DNA of 64,000 bases. Origin: Octopus sinensis. Taxonomy: Eukaryota. Position 1 is the stretch's first letter. Each line of letters starts with the position of its first letter. The DNA lies in assembly GCF_006345805.1 (NCBI RefSeq), contig NC_042999.1, forward strand, positions 115,878,001 to 115,942,000, written 5' to 3'. The translations under genes and the position numbers were made by a program. Below the pieces are notes generated by a model. That model did no database searches. It was not told the DNA's origin and was given only the letters and a program-made list of their open reading frames with translations. This document shows, one piece after another, positions 1 to 12,689 of this stretch.

Positions 1-176
1 AGGTCAGCAGTTTTGGGGAAGGGGCTAAGCCGATTAAATCGACCCTAGTATTCAACTGATGCTTATTTTATCGACTCCGAAAGGATGAAAGGCAAAGTCA
101 ACAACGACAGCATTGGAACTCTGAACGTAAAGACGGACGACACCGGTGCGGTAACGTTTCTGCCAGCTCACCGCCT
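1..176 (-). mobile_element. tRNA-derived SINE, family A (window-truncated copy)
   Basis: Reverse complement of the family A body (GAAAGGATGAAAGGCAAAGTC...GAACTCTGAACGT...CTGCCAGCTCACCGCC) seen about 9 times in the window. Confidence 0.8.
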
Positions 177-589
177 TCTTAGCGCGTAAATATTGTATTT
201 AAAAGCCCACCCGTTTGAAAAAATCGCAGACTGATTTTTTATTTTTCTATCCAAACGGTTTTGACTCAACATTTACACGTTATTTATAGCTTTCTTTGCT
301 TCGAGATACACCGTCACCCAAAAGAATTATTTCTTTTTCTCGAAGTTTTTTAAAATTCTTAAGATGTCAACAACATAAATTTATCATAAGCATTTGTTAT
401 TATTAACTTATTGTTATTCCAGAATATTTTGAGTTCAAGTAGTGTTTGGCACCATTCTCCGTTTTCTCTGGACAAAGGGCTTTTAAACACGAAATACCAA
501 ACTATAAGATAACGTATAAATTGTTGTCAGTTCGTTTTCTTTACTTCTATTATTTCTGTATTCTCTACTTATTTCAAGTCTGGTACCTC

Positions 590-870
590 TTTTCTCAGTC
601 CTATTTGCCAAACTGCTCAGTTACATCGATAGAAACAAACCAACACCGGTTGTTAAGCGGTATGGGTACAAACGCAAAGACACAAATACATACATACAAA
701 CATAAATATATATGCATATACATTCGACGAGCTTCTCATTAGTTTTCGTCTATCGCTCACAAATCTATTGTCAGTCTGGGGATATAGTAGAAGACTTGTG
801 CCGTAAGTGTCGCTTTGTGGGACTGAACTCGAAACCAACTTCTTAACCACACAGACACGCCTGTACATTG
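590..870 (-). mobile_element. SINE family B, degenerate copy
   Basis: Matches the family B copy at 29033-29460 in reverse (TATAGTAGAAGAC..., GTGGGACTGAAC, TTAACCACACAG). Confidence 0.6.
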
Positions 871-894
871 CACGCACCCGGCGCGCGCGCACAC

Positions 895-945
895 AGACAC
901 ATGTGTATATGTATGTGTATGTATGTATGTATGTATGTATGTATG

Positions 946-976
<31 letters not shown>

Positions 977-990
977 GTATGTATGCATAC
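895..990. repeat. (ATGT)n microsatellite
   Basis: Direct reading. Confidence 0.95.
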
Positions 991-1399
991 ACATGCATAT
1001 TTTTACATCATATAACATATATAAACACATACATCATAAATATCAATTCCATTTGGATTTTAAGTTTGGAGCTTGTTTGTTTTTTATAAAGCCCGTCCAC
1101 AGGAATCGGCTTTCAGTTACTATCATCATACAGCAACAATGGATCGCTTTAGTGATGTTATATCTGAAAATCTGTAAATATCCATATAAAGATTAATAGA
1201 GAGTGGTGTGTGTTTCCCGTTTTATTTCATAATACTACAATTGTTTCATCGACATTTTACCAGAAGATTGTTGCTGTAGCAATTCAAATTATGCATAAAC
1301 CTGATGAGTCGGCATTTTACAGGTAGTATGTATTATTCCGTTTAATATATAATAATATTCCAGCAATAATCTTTTGGTAAATTGTCGATGAAACAGTTG

Positions 1400-1821
1400 C
1401 AGAATTATGCAACAAATCGAGTTGCTCACACATTTCTGGTTAATATTTAGATGCATTCCTCTGAGGTTCACTTTGCCTTTCATCCTTTCGGGGTTATAAA
1501 ATAGGTATCAGTTGAGCACTGGGGTTTATTTAATCGACTTACCCCTACATCCGCGAACTTGCTGGCCTTGCGCCAAAATTTGAAACTAATATTCAGATAT
1601 ATTAATGCGGCGAGCTGAAGGAACTGTTAGCACGCCGGTCAAAATGCTTAGCAGCATTTTGTTCGTCTTTATGCTCTGAGTTCAAATGCCGCCGGGGTTT
1701 ACATTACCTTTCATCCTTTCGGGATCGATAAAATAAATACAAATCGAGCAATAGGGTTGAATAATCGACTTACCTTCTTCCCAAAATTTCTGGCCTTGAG
1801 CCAAAATTTGAAACCAATATT
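1400..1821 (+). mobile_element. Two tandem family A SINE copies (about 1400-1593 and 1606-1821)
   Basis: Second copy has an A-box-like GAGCTGAAGGAACTGTTAG and a B-box GAGTTCAAATGCC; both have CCTTTCATCCTTTCGGG and end in CCAAAATTTGAAAC.AATATT. Confidence 0.8.
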
Positions 1822-1847
1822 TACATATATATACACATACTACATAC

Positions 1848-1848
1848 C

Positions 1849-1933
<85 letters not shown>
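1848..1933. repeat. (GATA)n microsatellite
   Basis: Direct reading. Confidence 0.95.
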
Positions 1934-1934
<1 letters not shown>

Positions 1935-2640
1935 TAAAGGATTACCGTCTTTCATAATCAAGATATTGGCAGGTGTAGTTAGTATATTAAGCTTCTTAGT
2001 TATCCATAAATTCCATTTGCTACCGCCTGCATTGTTATATTTTTTGTCTCTCAACGATTTTCTATTTCATAATGGCATCATTTTCTCTTTATCTCTGACT
2101 TAAAACGATATTTCTTCGAGTATTTTTAAAGAATTATATCTCTGGGATGTGAAAGAATAACAAAAAATATTTGATTTTATACTTGATAATTTGTTAAGAC
2201 TTTTCAAATTCACAATAAGAAACTGGATGAAAAAGTTCTGAATCTTCATCTTCTAAAACTACTGAAATTTTATTTGATAATACGAATACGAAGATTAGGA
2301 TGCTGAAATACTAACTCCTTATCTTTTTTTCCCTTGTTTTCGAGGTGGATTTCTAGACTTCTTCATCGATATTGTTGATGTTCCTTTTTCATGATTGGGC
2401 TTTTGATATCTGAGATGAATAGCGTAGCATAAAATCACAAGTGAAGCATCCTTTCTCTAGAAGTCATTGTTGAATTCGCCTTTCTTTCTCGTTCTTCTTT
2501 GCTTTAGCATTTTCATTCCGAATGTGATCAATAGAAATGTCTCCTTCAATTCTACTTTTTAATAGAAGTGGTCAAATATCCACAAGAAATAGCCATAAAA
2601 TGAGAAATACTTGCTTCTTTCAACTTTTAAATAATAATTT
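1935..2640 (-). mobile_element. Decayed PLE, Naiad-like C-terminus
   Basis: Minus-strand GGSKWNLWITKKLNILT resembles the CxLCxxEKxxI C-terminal motif of Naiad-type PLEs; upstream frames are broken. Confidence 0.4.
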
Positions 2641-3337
2641 TCTTCATTTGAACAAAACAAGGGAATCTCTGCGTGGTCGCGTGACATTCTAGAAATAGTA
2701 ACCTTATCTTCCACATGTCGGATCTCAGCGTTTTAAACAAAGGACATATAAGACAGTATATTCTAAATATTGTTCCAAATACAGGTTATCAGGAATTGAA
2801 TATCTTTGTTCATAGGTCAGCCCAATGAAGGTCGGCCTTGTGCTAAACAACAACGTCAACACCGCAATTTTGCAATAAAGAAGTATAGTCGATGGAACTG
2901 AATGCAGTGTGTTACTAGAAATTATCTTGTTGACACAAGAAGAATGTAGGATTATATCGATTACAGTATGACTTGAACACAAAGCATAAAAAATTGTCGT
3001 TAAAACATTGAAAGACGGGTGATTTTGTCTGATGCCCTACAGATTCAGTCGCTCTATCGACTTCTATGAATTTACTTGATTGCTTCTATTAGAACAAAAC
3101 ATTTATAGAGGAGGTGTAGTCCGTTGCATCAACGGTCATAGTGAAATGAATGTAAAATCGGCCTAAACACATAGACATACACACACAGACTTACAGAGAC
3201 AGACACGGACACACAGATACAGATACACACACGTGCGCGCGCACCTACGCACACATATACACACACATACAGAAGTATATATATATGAACGTATATATAA
3301 CTGTATATATATATACATACATATACACACACACACA

Positions 3338-3384
<47 letters not shown>

Positions 3385-3387
<3 letters not shown>

Positions 3388-5650
3388 TGACGAAGGGGGA
3401 CTTGGAAACTAGGGCATGCAGTCCATGATGCAGGTCAATCACCAAGGCAGGGAGTGGGGTAGTGGAGCCTTACTCTCCCCATTCCTGAAAACTATTCACC
3501 TTCCCTGTCTGTGTATACGATATGAACTAATTTTAATTTGAAAAAATGCACTTTTTCCAACAAGCCATGCTTCGGGCTTGATACTGCTCTCATCTGGATA
3601 TGATGGTTCCCCATTAGCTTGTCATGATGACCGTTATTGGTTACAAGAAAAACCTGAGAAAGTAACAGAACCTACATATAATAAGCTGGCTAAAATTTAT
3701 TTGTAAATCGGTTCAATTTTTTCGTTTCGTTTTGGCAAATTCATCGACCACTTTGCTCTAAAAGGTATCAGTATACCGCTATACCTTCAGAGTCAACAAT
3801 TCAACAAATTTCAATCCCAGGTTTAAAACAATGGTGTTTTAAATCTTTGCTGAACGTGAACAATAATTTTATGCAAACTATCATTAAACAAAGTTCTCAA
3901 AACAACTTCTGGTTCTTGATGTCGACCACGCTTCACTGGTGTTTCAGCGACACCATCCAAAACTTCACACTAAACTTCTTCGAAATTATTGTTCTTGATA
4001 TAGTAGTGAAACCTAGGATTTGAACCCTTTTCATTAAATTATCAGTTCACTATCATAAGTAAGCCACAGTGGAGCATGCGGTCTTAACTTGAACACTCTA
4101 TCGACCAATCAGTTTTCAGGAGAACAGACAACTAGTTAGAATATCATCTCAAGTGTCCTTGAGACTCGCGCCTTTTCTCCAGTTAAGCAGTTTAGCGCTA
4201 AATAAATCAGAACTGTCATGTCATTCGAAGAGAACACAACTCGGCTCCCACCAAGCAGATGAAAGACAAAGTTTCAACAAGATTCGGCGATCTAGCATCT
4301 TGAAAATAACTTATGGCCGAGCAATCATAGTTAAGTTTATCCTTATATTCTTGTCCTTCTACCAGTGAAGATTCGATAATCTATGTATATATTCATATTC
4401 ATCCTTCCCTTTAAAAAAAACCTTGTGTTAGATGTTCGCCAGTTTTGCTTCTGTTCGCAATATACGCAAATAGCCTAATCTTAAACCACGATTAATACAA
4501 TTACACTTACCGCGACAATGTGAATCAATTGCTTTTTTGAAGTTCTCAACCTCGCGAATACACCTCGAAATATCAAGTGAACTTTCTTGAAGACTCAAAA
4601 GAAAAATCTCTGAGCCACTCAGAGTTTCAAAAACTACTAATTAAAATTTAAACTGAAATTCTTTTAGGATTGCAACGAATCCCCTTTCATGTGCTAATTC
4701 TGAAGCATTCGAATCCTCTGGATTTTCTAATATTGTTAAATATAGCCAAGAAAACTCAGTAATTTCGTTAGACAAAATGGACACTTGTCGACATGAATAA
4801 TTCCAACGTGTCTTAGGCATCTTTGGAAATCGCCTTCCAACGATTTTATCTAGTAAGGCTATTCGAGACGTCGATTTTGAGAAAAAGTTGAACTTCCTTT
4901 TAGAGGTTGGAAGAAAATTCGACATTCATTAATACTTGAAGCCGATTGCGAGGGTACCAAATTAAGTGAATGTGCGTAACAATGTACAAATATGGCGGTC
5001 GCACCAAAACTCTTTCTTCTTGCTTACACTTCAAGTGTATGAGATAAAGTTTTGGCCACGATTGAACTCATAAACAAATTTGCGAACTTCTGTCAGCGAT
5101 GCAACTTTTCTATCTTTGCTGACATCGACGTATCTCAAAAACCTTTCTCGAGGTTTTTCCTTCACATCAACAAATCGCAAGACTCGTAACAATTGAGATT
5201 TCATTCCAAGTCTCTTCAAACATAACAACAAATAATGATTTTTTTCAGTCATAGCCTTTTATTTCACCTTCGATTGTAGCAGCAATATAATTAATGATTT
5301 CGTTTTCAATATTCAGTAAAAAATCCAGAAAATGTGCAGTTGGCATTTTTCTTTACGAAATCTGAATGCAATCTTAAACAATCATTGTATTCCGATACTG
5401 CCTCATATGTAGTCAGAAAATTACCCTTAGTGTTTAATTCTTCTGTTTCATTATGTCCTCCAAATTTTAATTCTTGACAAGTCAAAATTTCAATACAATA
5501 GATTAACCGTTTCACTATATCATGATCAATTATGAAACTGGATTGAAGCTACTTTCCAGAGGTCGGTCGCTGTATCAATTCGTTGTCAGCCAAAGGCTTT
5601 CATAGTAATTACGGTATTCAGATGGTTTTGAATTTTTTGTGTTTTGTCTA
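3385..5650 (-). mobile_element. hAT DNA transposon relic (ZMYM1/DUF4371-like transposase)
   Basis: Fragments RLIYCIEILTCQELKFGGHNE..KGNF, LRFVD..RERFL, IFVHCYAHSLNLV (about 4960-5000) and PKTRWNY; CAGTGACG terminus at 3385. Confidence 0.75.
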
Positions 5651-6029
5651 AGATATAACCAATTTATGCAAATCACAGTAGACAATAGTTATCTATGTCT
5701 TCTTATGCTGACAAAATAACAAATACGGAAAAACAGAGCAATTTGTCCAGAATGGGACATCTCGTCATCCAATCATAATATTCATAATACTTGGAATCAA
5801 AATAACGATGGCATTCCTAGCTGCCCACTTTGGTTTTCCTTTCAATTCAAGCTTTGGCTTCTCCTTTCCGAGAGAGTTGTAGAAGCAGACGGACAGAAGA
5901 ATTAAGAAGGGGCGAGAAAAAATGACAGGGACATAGTGAAGTGAAAAGTGGAGGGAAAGTGAGTAAGAAGAGAAGGCAAAGAAATGTGAGAGAGGGGCAA
6001 CGAAAGAACGAAGAGTGGAATGAACGAAC

Positions 6030-6097
<68 letters not shown>

Positions 6098-6324
6098 CTT
6101 TATTTTAAGCAGCAGAAAATTCAACAAAATCTGTTACTCTGAGTTTCTCGTTGCCGTTCATCAGACAGTTTTTGCTAGAAAAAACTGTCTGATGAACGGC
6201 AACGAGAAACTCAGAGTAACAGATTTTGTTGAATTTTCTGCTGCTTAAAATAAAGCATATTACTCTACCACTGGTATTTGAGTACTCTTTTTTCCACCTT
6301 GTTTCACATTTATGTGTTTACTCC

Positions 6325-6327
<3 letters not shown>
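6098..6327 (+). mobile_element. Fold-back element: perfect 76-bp inverted repeat plus about 70-bp extension, between (TA)n tracts
   Basis: 6098-6173 is the exact reverse complement of 6180-6255; the extension runs to (TA)n at about 6327. Confidence 0.9.
6185..6222 (+). ncRNA. Minimal type I hammerhead ribozyme (mirror copy on - strand at 6131-6168)
   Basis: CTGT-CTGATGA-ACGGCAACGA-GAA-ACTCAGAGT-A-ACAG: intact core, GUA site, stem I CTGT/ACAG, stem III ACTC/GAGT; stem II is only 2 bp. Confidence 0.7.
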
Positions 6328-6377
<50 letters not shown>

Positions 6378-7399
6378 TATATACACATACATACATACAC
6401 ACATATAACTCTTTTTGGTGATTAACAAAAATTTTAATTGACTTGTGGTATTGAGCTACACCTCTTTGTGTTCAGAGTTTCATCGTTTTGATTAAATTAA
6501 TACCAACTAATTATGGCTAGCGTCGATTCAATTTTTTGTACCTTCGAAAATGTGTAGCGTTGTGCCTACTTTAAAACTATCTATGAACAGTAGTCGAGAA
6601 ATTTTGATGTCTTTCTGAAGGCATTTATCTCTTTATATAACTGCACAAATGTCTAGTGCCATCCCAAGATGAAGTTGCTTCTGAATTCAACATAATATTT
6701 TTTTTCCTTTGCTGCAAAATGCGAAAGACGTTTTCCAAGATAGTCCAACAAGTCTGGCATGTATCCATATATTTTGTAAGGTATCCTCCCGCTGCCTTTT
6801 CTGTCGTCACCATAATGAGTTATACTCCATGGACCTGGTTCATTTCGTGTCACTTTCATTCCCTGAACTAGGAGATTTTGATACTTTTAATAATAATTCA
6901 TTCACATTAATTGTTATACGTATATACGCACACACACACATACACGCACACACGTACACGCACACACATATGTAACAGATAATGTAAATGTGAACATATA
7001 TATACATATATATATGTGTGTATATGTATGTATTAATACGTTTATTCACATACCTGTGCGTCCATGTGTGTTTGAAAATGTGTATGGTTATGTGTGTATC
7101 TCTGTATGTGAGAGAGAGGGGAGGGGAGAGAGAAGGGAAGGAGTGAGAGAGGGAAGAAGAGAGAGAGGGAAGGAGAGAGATTCTCTAAGAAAGAGAAAAT
7201 CGAAAACGAAGTAACTGCTACTCACCTGCTGATGGTTGTTTAATCATGCGCACAGTAGTTATAAGTAGTAAGTATTTCCTTCAAGAGTAGAACATTAAAA
7301 TATCTTTTTTTAGCCTGTTCAAAGCTTACTACTCAAGAAAACGCATTTATTGATATATAATTGTCTATCAGTCTGTCTTGTCCTCTCACTTCCTCTCCC

Positions 7400-7430
<31 letters not shown>

Positions 7431-7503
7431 GTATATGTATATATATATATATAATATATATATATATGTATATACACACACACATACATACATGCTTGCA
7501 TAC

Positions 7504-7534
<31 letters not shown>

Positions 7535-8008
7535 ATATATATATATATTTATATATATACATATGTTATATATATGTCATATACATTTATATAACATACA
7601 TCTATATATGTATATCCTATAGATTACATAGTTCATATTTATGTATTTATGTCCATATATAAAAACATATATATATATATATATATATACATTCATATAT
7701 ACATTCATATATATTTATGGCTATGTGTGTATGTATATGAGTATCTATGCATGTATATGTGTATACATGAATACTTATGTGTATGTATACATATTATGTA
7801 TGTGTGAATATTATGTATGCATGCATGCATGCATGTATGTATGAATGCATGTATGTATGTATGTATGTATGTATGTATGTATGTATGTATGTATGTAGGT
7901 AGGTAGGTAGGTAGGTAAGTAGGTAGTAGATAGGTAGGTAGATAGCTAGCTAGCTAGGTATCTATTGTCTGTCTGTCTGTCTATCTACCTATCTATCTAT
8001 CTATATAT

Positions 8009-8229
8009 TGTTGTGTCTGGGGAGAGTCATTTTCTTTTCGTGCATTATAATTTAACACACGCAACCTTTTCAATAGTCTTGAATCTCAAGAAAGTCAAGA
8101 TTACTGAAAAAGTTGCAAGACGCAACGGAAATTTTAGGAAAATAAAAATAAGGGATAAGTGGAAATTTTACCGGTGAGTGTGTTAAGTTATATGACACAA
8201 AAAGAAAATGAGTCTCTCCAGACACAACA
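8009..8229. mobile_element. MITE with about 50-bp imperfect TIRs
   Basis: TGTTGTGTCTGGGGAGAGTCATTTTCTTTT... versus ...AAAAAGAAAATGAGTCTCTCCAGACACAACA; no clear TSD. Confidence 0.7.
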
Positions 8230-8389
8230 GATTATGCTTCAACACACGAACTCACATAAATAATCTTGCAAACCAAATCCCAAAACGAAATACATACATA
8301 CATACATACATACATATAAGTATTCATGTATACACATATACTCACATACATACACACATAGACATGAATATATACATACATACATACTT

Positions 8390-8424
<35 letters not shown>

Positions 8425-8863
8425 AAACCTTGAACTCTCAACCTTGAACTTGTTCGCATAAACTGTCCCGTTTGTTGTATTTTTATTTTCTCATATATTA
8501 CCACTTTTTTACATTCATTTCATGCTTTCCACAGTTTCCTGCATTTTTGTTCTCCTTTCCGTCTTTCTTCCCTCTCTGGATGTCCATACTCTGTTTCCTC
8601 TGCCTGCACCCCTTTTTTGCCTCCCCCTCTCTCTGCTTCCCTTCTTTCTTTCCCTTTTCCGTTTGCTCCGTCTTTTTTGCCCCTATCGCTTACTTATCTA
8701 GTTTTTTCATACGATTATTATTTTTTTGTTTTTTTTAACGTTTGTTTTTTCCCCTTTTTTTTCGCTATCCTTTTTTATCTATTCTTTTCGTACGATAATT
8801 TTTTGTTTTTTGTGTTTTGTTTTTTTGTTTTTTCGAACGTTTGTTTTTTTCCGCTATCCCATC

Positions 8864-11731
8864 ATGCCGGATCCTAGGTCCTACCTCCTCACCCTCCATC
8901 ATCGTTTGAAGGATCATCTCCGTTCTCTCCCCGTATGCTGCCTTCAGCCGTCCGTTAATCTCTCTCTACTTCTTTTTAAAAAAACCCGCTTCTCTAGCCA
9001 TGTCTCTTTCCTAAGCCGCTGCCTACATCACCGACTCATCCCTAAAGGTTTCCGCCTCCACTTCCACCCTGCTCTCCACTCGGATTCTTCCATCTTACCC
9101 ATACTCCGCACCACTTCTTACCGCCTTATGCGGGCCACAATTCGCTCCAATCTCCCTAAACTACATACCATCAACCGCCTTCTTCCTCCTGCTTTCTCCA
9201 CATTCTTCTCCTCTCTGCCGCCTCTCTATGCTCCAAACACGCTACGCTTCATTATCCATTTGAATCACCTCTTCCATCAATTTCTTTCTGATACCAAATC
9301 ACTCTTCCATTCCACCCTACCCGACGCCACTACCCCAACTCCTCCACTATCCTTCTCCCCTCCCAATAGGCTCCATCCACCAACACCTAACCCCACTGCC
9401 CCTCCCTACAACCCCTTCTCCCCTCCTGATAGGCTCCATCCACCTACACCTAACCCCCACACACACCTCCCCAATCCCTCCCCCTCAGACCTCCACGAGA
9501 CCTACCACCCCTCCTACTTCTATTCCACCCACCCCTTCTCCACTTCCGTCTGTTGTTACCATTCCCCCCGATCTTCCCCTCTCTGCGGCTGAACGCTCCG
9601 TCCTTGGTAGGGGTCTGCGTTTCATCCCCCTCACTCCATCCTGTAAGGAATTCCAGACGCGAGTTGATGTCCACAGCTTTGTGCGCCGCGTCCGGTTGGG
9701 TGCGCATTACCACGACTCGCCACCCACACCCAACGAAGAGGACTGCTTCACTGGCCTGGGCCGCCGACCATCCCCGTGGACGCCTGCCCCTGGCCAGTTC
9801 CTAGCAGTGGATCTTTTCGCGGGCGCTTGTCAGCGTGCATTGGAGCGGTTCAACTTCTTCAGGCGCCAACGCCGCCTCAACATCTCCCCGGCTGAGCTCT
9901 TGGTTCTTCGTTCCCTCCAACGGCGCGCTGACATTATCATCAAACCGGCTGACAAGGGTGGAGCTGTAGTGGTGTGGCGTGCGGACCTCTATAGGGCCGA
10001 GGCTTTCCGCCAACTCAATGACACCTCCTTCTACTCCCCTCTGCCCACTAACCCCACACGTAGCTACCAACAGACGGTATCCTCTACTGTCCGCGACCTC
10101 ATCTCGTCCTCCCGTCTCCCCCACACCGCATCCAACCTAATTGTGCGAACCCCACGTACCCCCACCATTTACTTCCTCCCCAAAATCCACAAACCCAACA
10201 ACCCTGGCCGCCCCATCGTCTCCGCCTGTAACTGCCCCACGGAGCTCATCTCTAAATACCTCGACCGTGTCCTTGCCCCCCTAGTAGCATCTCTTCCCTC
10301 CCACATCCACGATACCAACCATGCTCTCCGGCTTTTCAACTCTTTCTCCTTTCCTCCCGGCTCCTCCAAAATCATTTTTACTATGGACATCCAAAGCCTC
10401 TATACTGTTATCCCTCACCACGAAGGACTGCAGGCCCTTCGACACTTCTTGACCTCCGCTCCAACCCTGTACCTGACACCTCCACACTCATTCGTCTGGC
10501 CGAACTTGTCTTACTCTGAACTGCTTCTCGTTCGCGGGCGAGTTCTACCATCAGGTCTCGGGAGTGGCCATGGGAACGCGAATGGGCCCCAACTATGCGA
10601 ACCTGTTCGTTGGCTATGTTGAGGCCCAAATATTCTCTAATTTCACTGGTCCCACTCCTGAACTATATGGTCGTTACATTGACGACATTATCGGTGCCAC
10701 CTCACTCTCCCGTGAACATCTAGATTCCTTCCTCTCTTTCGTCCAATCTTTCCATCCAGCCTCCACTTCACTTCCACTATCTCCAACACCTCTGTCTCCT
10801 TCCTCGACATTTCGGTTAGCATTCTTCACTCCACTCTTACCACCTCCATTCACTACAAACACACAGACTCACACTCATACCTCAACTTCTCTTCCTCCCA
10901 CCCAGAACACATCAAGCTTCCATCCCCTATTCCCAATTCCTCCGTCTACGTAGGCTCTGTAGTGACGACCATGACTTTGAGACTCAGTCTCAACGTATGG
11001 CTCACCACTTCACCCTACGTGGATACCCCCTCACCACTATCCACACCGCCCTTGCCAGAGCACGGTCCGTGGACCGTGTATCTGCTCTCTCTCCCCGAAC
11101 CCGCCCTGTAGTCTCCCGCCTCCCTTTTCCCCTCACTTACCACCCCACGACCCTACCTCTCCAACGCACCATTCTTCGAGCTTTCCGTCATCTCCAGTCC
11201 GACCCGTCCACTTCACACCTCTTCCCTAACCGACCCCTCCCCTCTTTCAAATGAGCCCACAACCTTCGAGACCTTTTGGTCCATAGCTCCTTCCTTGACC
11301 CTACCTCCCAACCCGGCTCGTTCCCCTGCTCCCGCCCACGTTGCCGCACTTGCCCTTACCTCTCCAACACCACCCTCCTCACTAGCACCCATCATCGACC
11401 CTATCCCATCATCCACTCCTTCACCTGCACCTCCAGCAATATTATCTATTGCGTCTCTTGCTCTCTCTGCCATTCCTTGTACATCGGACAAACGGGACGC
11501 CCCTTGGCTGACCGGTTCGCGGAACACCTTCGTGACATCCACCTTGCGAACGACACACCGGTCTCTCGCCATTTCCGCTCCACCGGTCACTCCTTGCAAC
11601 ACCTATCTGTGTTCGGTTTGTCCTTACACAGAGGCCATCCGGATTCCCGTTTGCGCCGTGAACAGGAATTAATCTCCTCTCTTCGCTCTTATACGCCATT
11701 TGGTCTCAACTCTCCCCCCCTCCTCATCTAA
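8864..11731 (+). pseudogene. PLE ORF: N-terminal domain, RT and GIY-YIG endonuclease (several frameshifts, one nonsense codon)
   Basis: KPADKGGAVVVW, LPKIHK..PGRPIVS, MDIQSLYTVIPH, MGTRMGPNYANLF, RYIDDI, CSRPRCRTC, NIIYCVSC..C..LYIGQTGR...RFAEH, GLN. Confidence 0.92.
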
Positions 11732-12350
11732 CCCCCATCCCCCCTCCTCACCTACCTTTCCCCCCCGACCCCTACTTCTTCAGTCCTTCATCCTTTCACC
11801 CCTACTCCCCTTCCCTTCTTCCCTCTTTCTCCCTCCCTCCTTCCCTCTTCCCCTTCCCTCTGCTCCCTCACTCCCCTTCTCTCTCCCCCTGTCCTACTTT
11901 CCTCCTTCCTCCTCCCCTCCTCCTCCCCTTCCTTCTCCCCTCCTCTCTCTCCCCTCTCTCCCCATCCCCCTCCTCTCCTCCCCCTCTTCTCCTCTGTCCA
12001 CACTACACCACACGACTTTACACATCACATCATATATGATGTGCCATACTAATACATACACCAACTAATACATACTAATACATACTAATACATACTAATA
12101 CATACACCAACCCTATACATACACACGTCCAGACCTCTCATACGCACTAATACTCTCTCATACACACACACACACACACACACCCTTATGTTGGAGCTGG
12201 TCACTCAACCCTATTATCTCCCCTAATTTCGCTCTCGCGTCTCATGTTTGATCTTTGACTTCTGGCCGAAATCAGATCGCCATGTTGGTTCGTTAGTTAC
12301 TGCACGCATTTTTTTCTCTCCTTCTTTCTGTGTTTTTTTCTCTCTGTGTA

Positions 12351-12388
12351 TCTTTCTGTTGAAGAGCGTAGGCTCGAAACGTTAAAGA
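12351..12388 (+). ncRNA. Variant minimal hammerhead ribozyme in the PLE terminal repeat
   Basis: TCTTT-CTGTTGA-A-GAGCGTAGGCTC-GAAACGTT-AAAGA: stem I TCTTT/AAAGA, stem II GAGC/GCTC, palindromic AACGTT; core variant with A6U. Confidence 0.6.
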
Positions 12389-12487
12389 CTTGTTTTATTT
12401 ATATTTCCTGAGCGCCATACTAATACAATTGTTTGTTTGTTTTCCACCTGCCTTCGTCTTTTGTCTATTTTCATAAAGCTTCCCGTT

Positions 12488-12673
<186 letters not shown>

Positions 12674-12689
12674 TAGCGGGCCTGATGTC

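Noticed and set aside
11249-11257. In-frame TGA in the PLE ORF as possible selenocysteine or readthrough
   Set aside because: It falls at the conserved Arg of K-R-x-x-N-L-R-D-x-L-V; CGA-to-TGA decay is simpler, and the copy has frameshifts anyway.
12044-12110. CRISPR-like or functional repeat array (CATACTAATA)n
   Set aside because: Spacerless tandem slippage in eukaryotic DNA.
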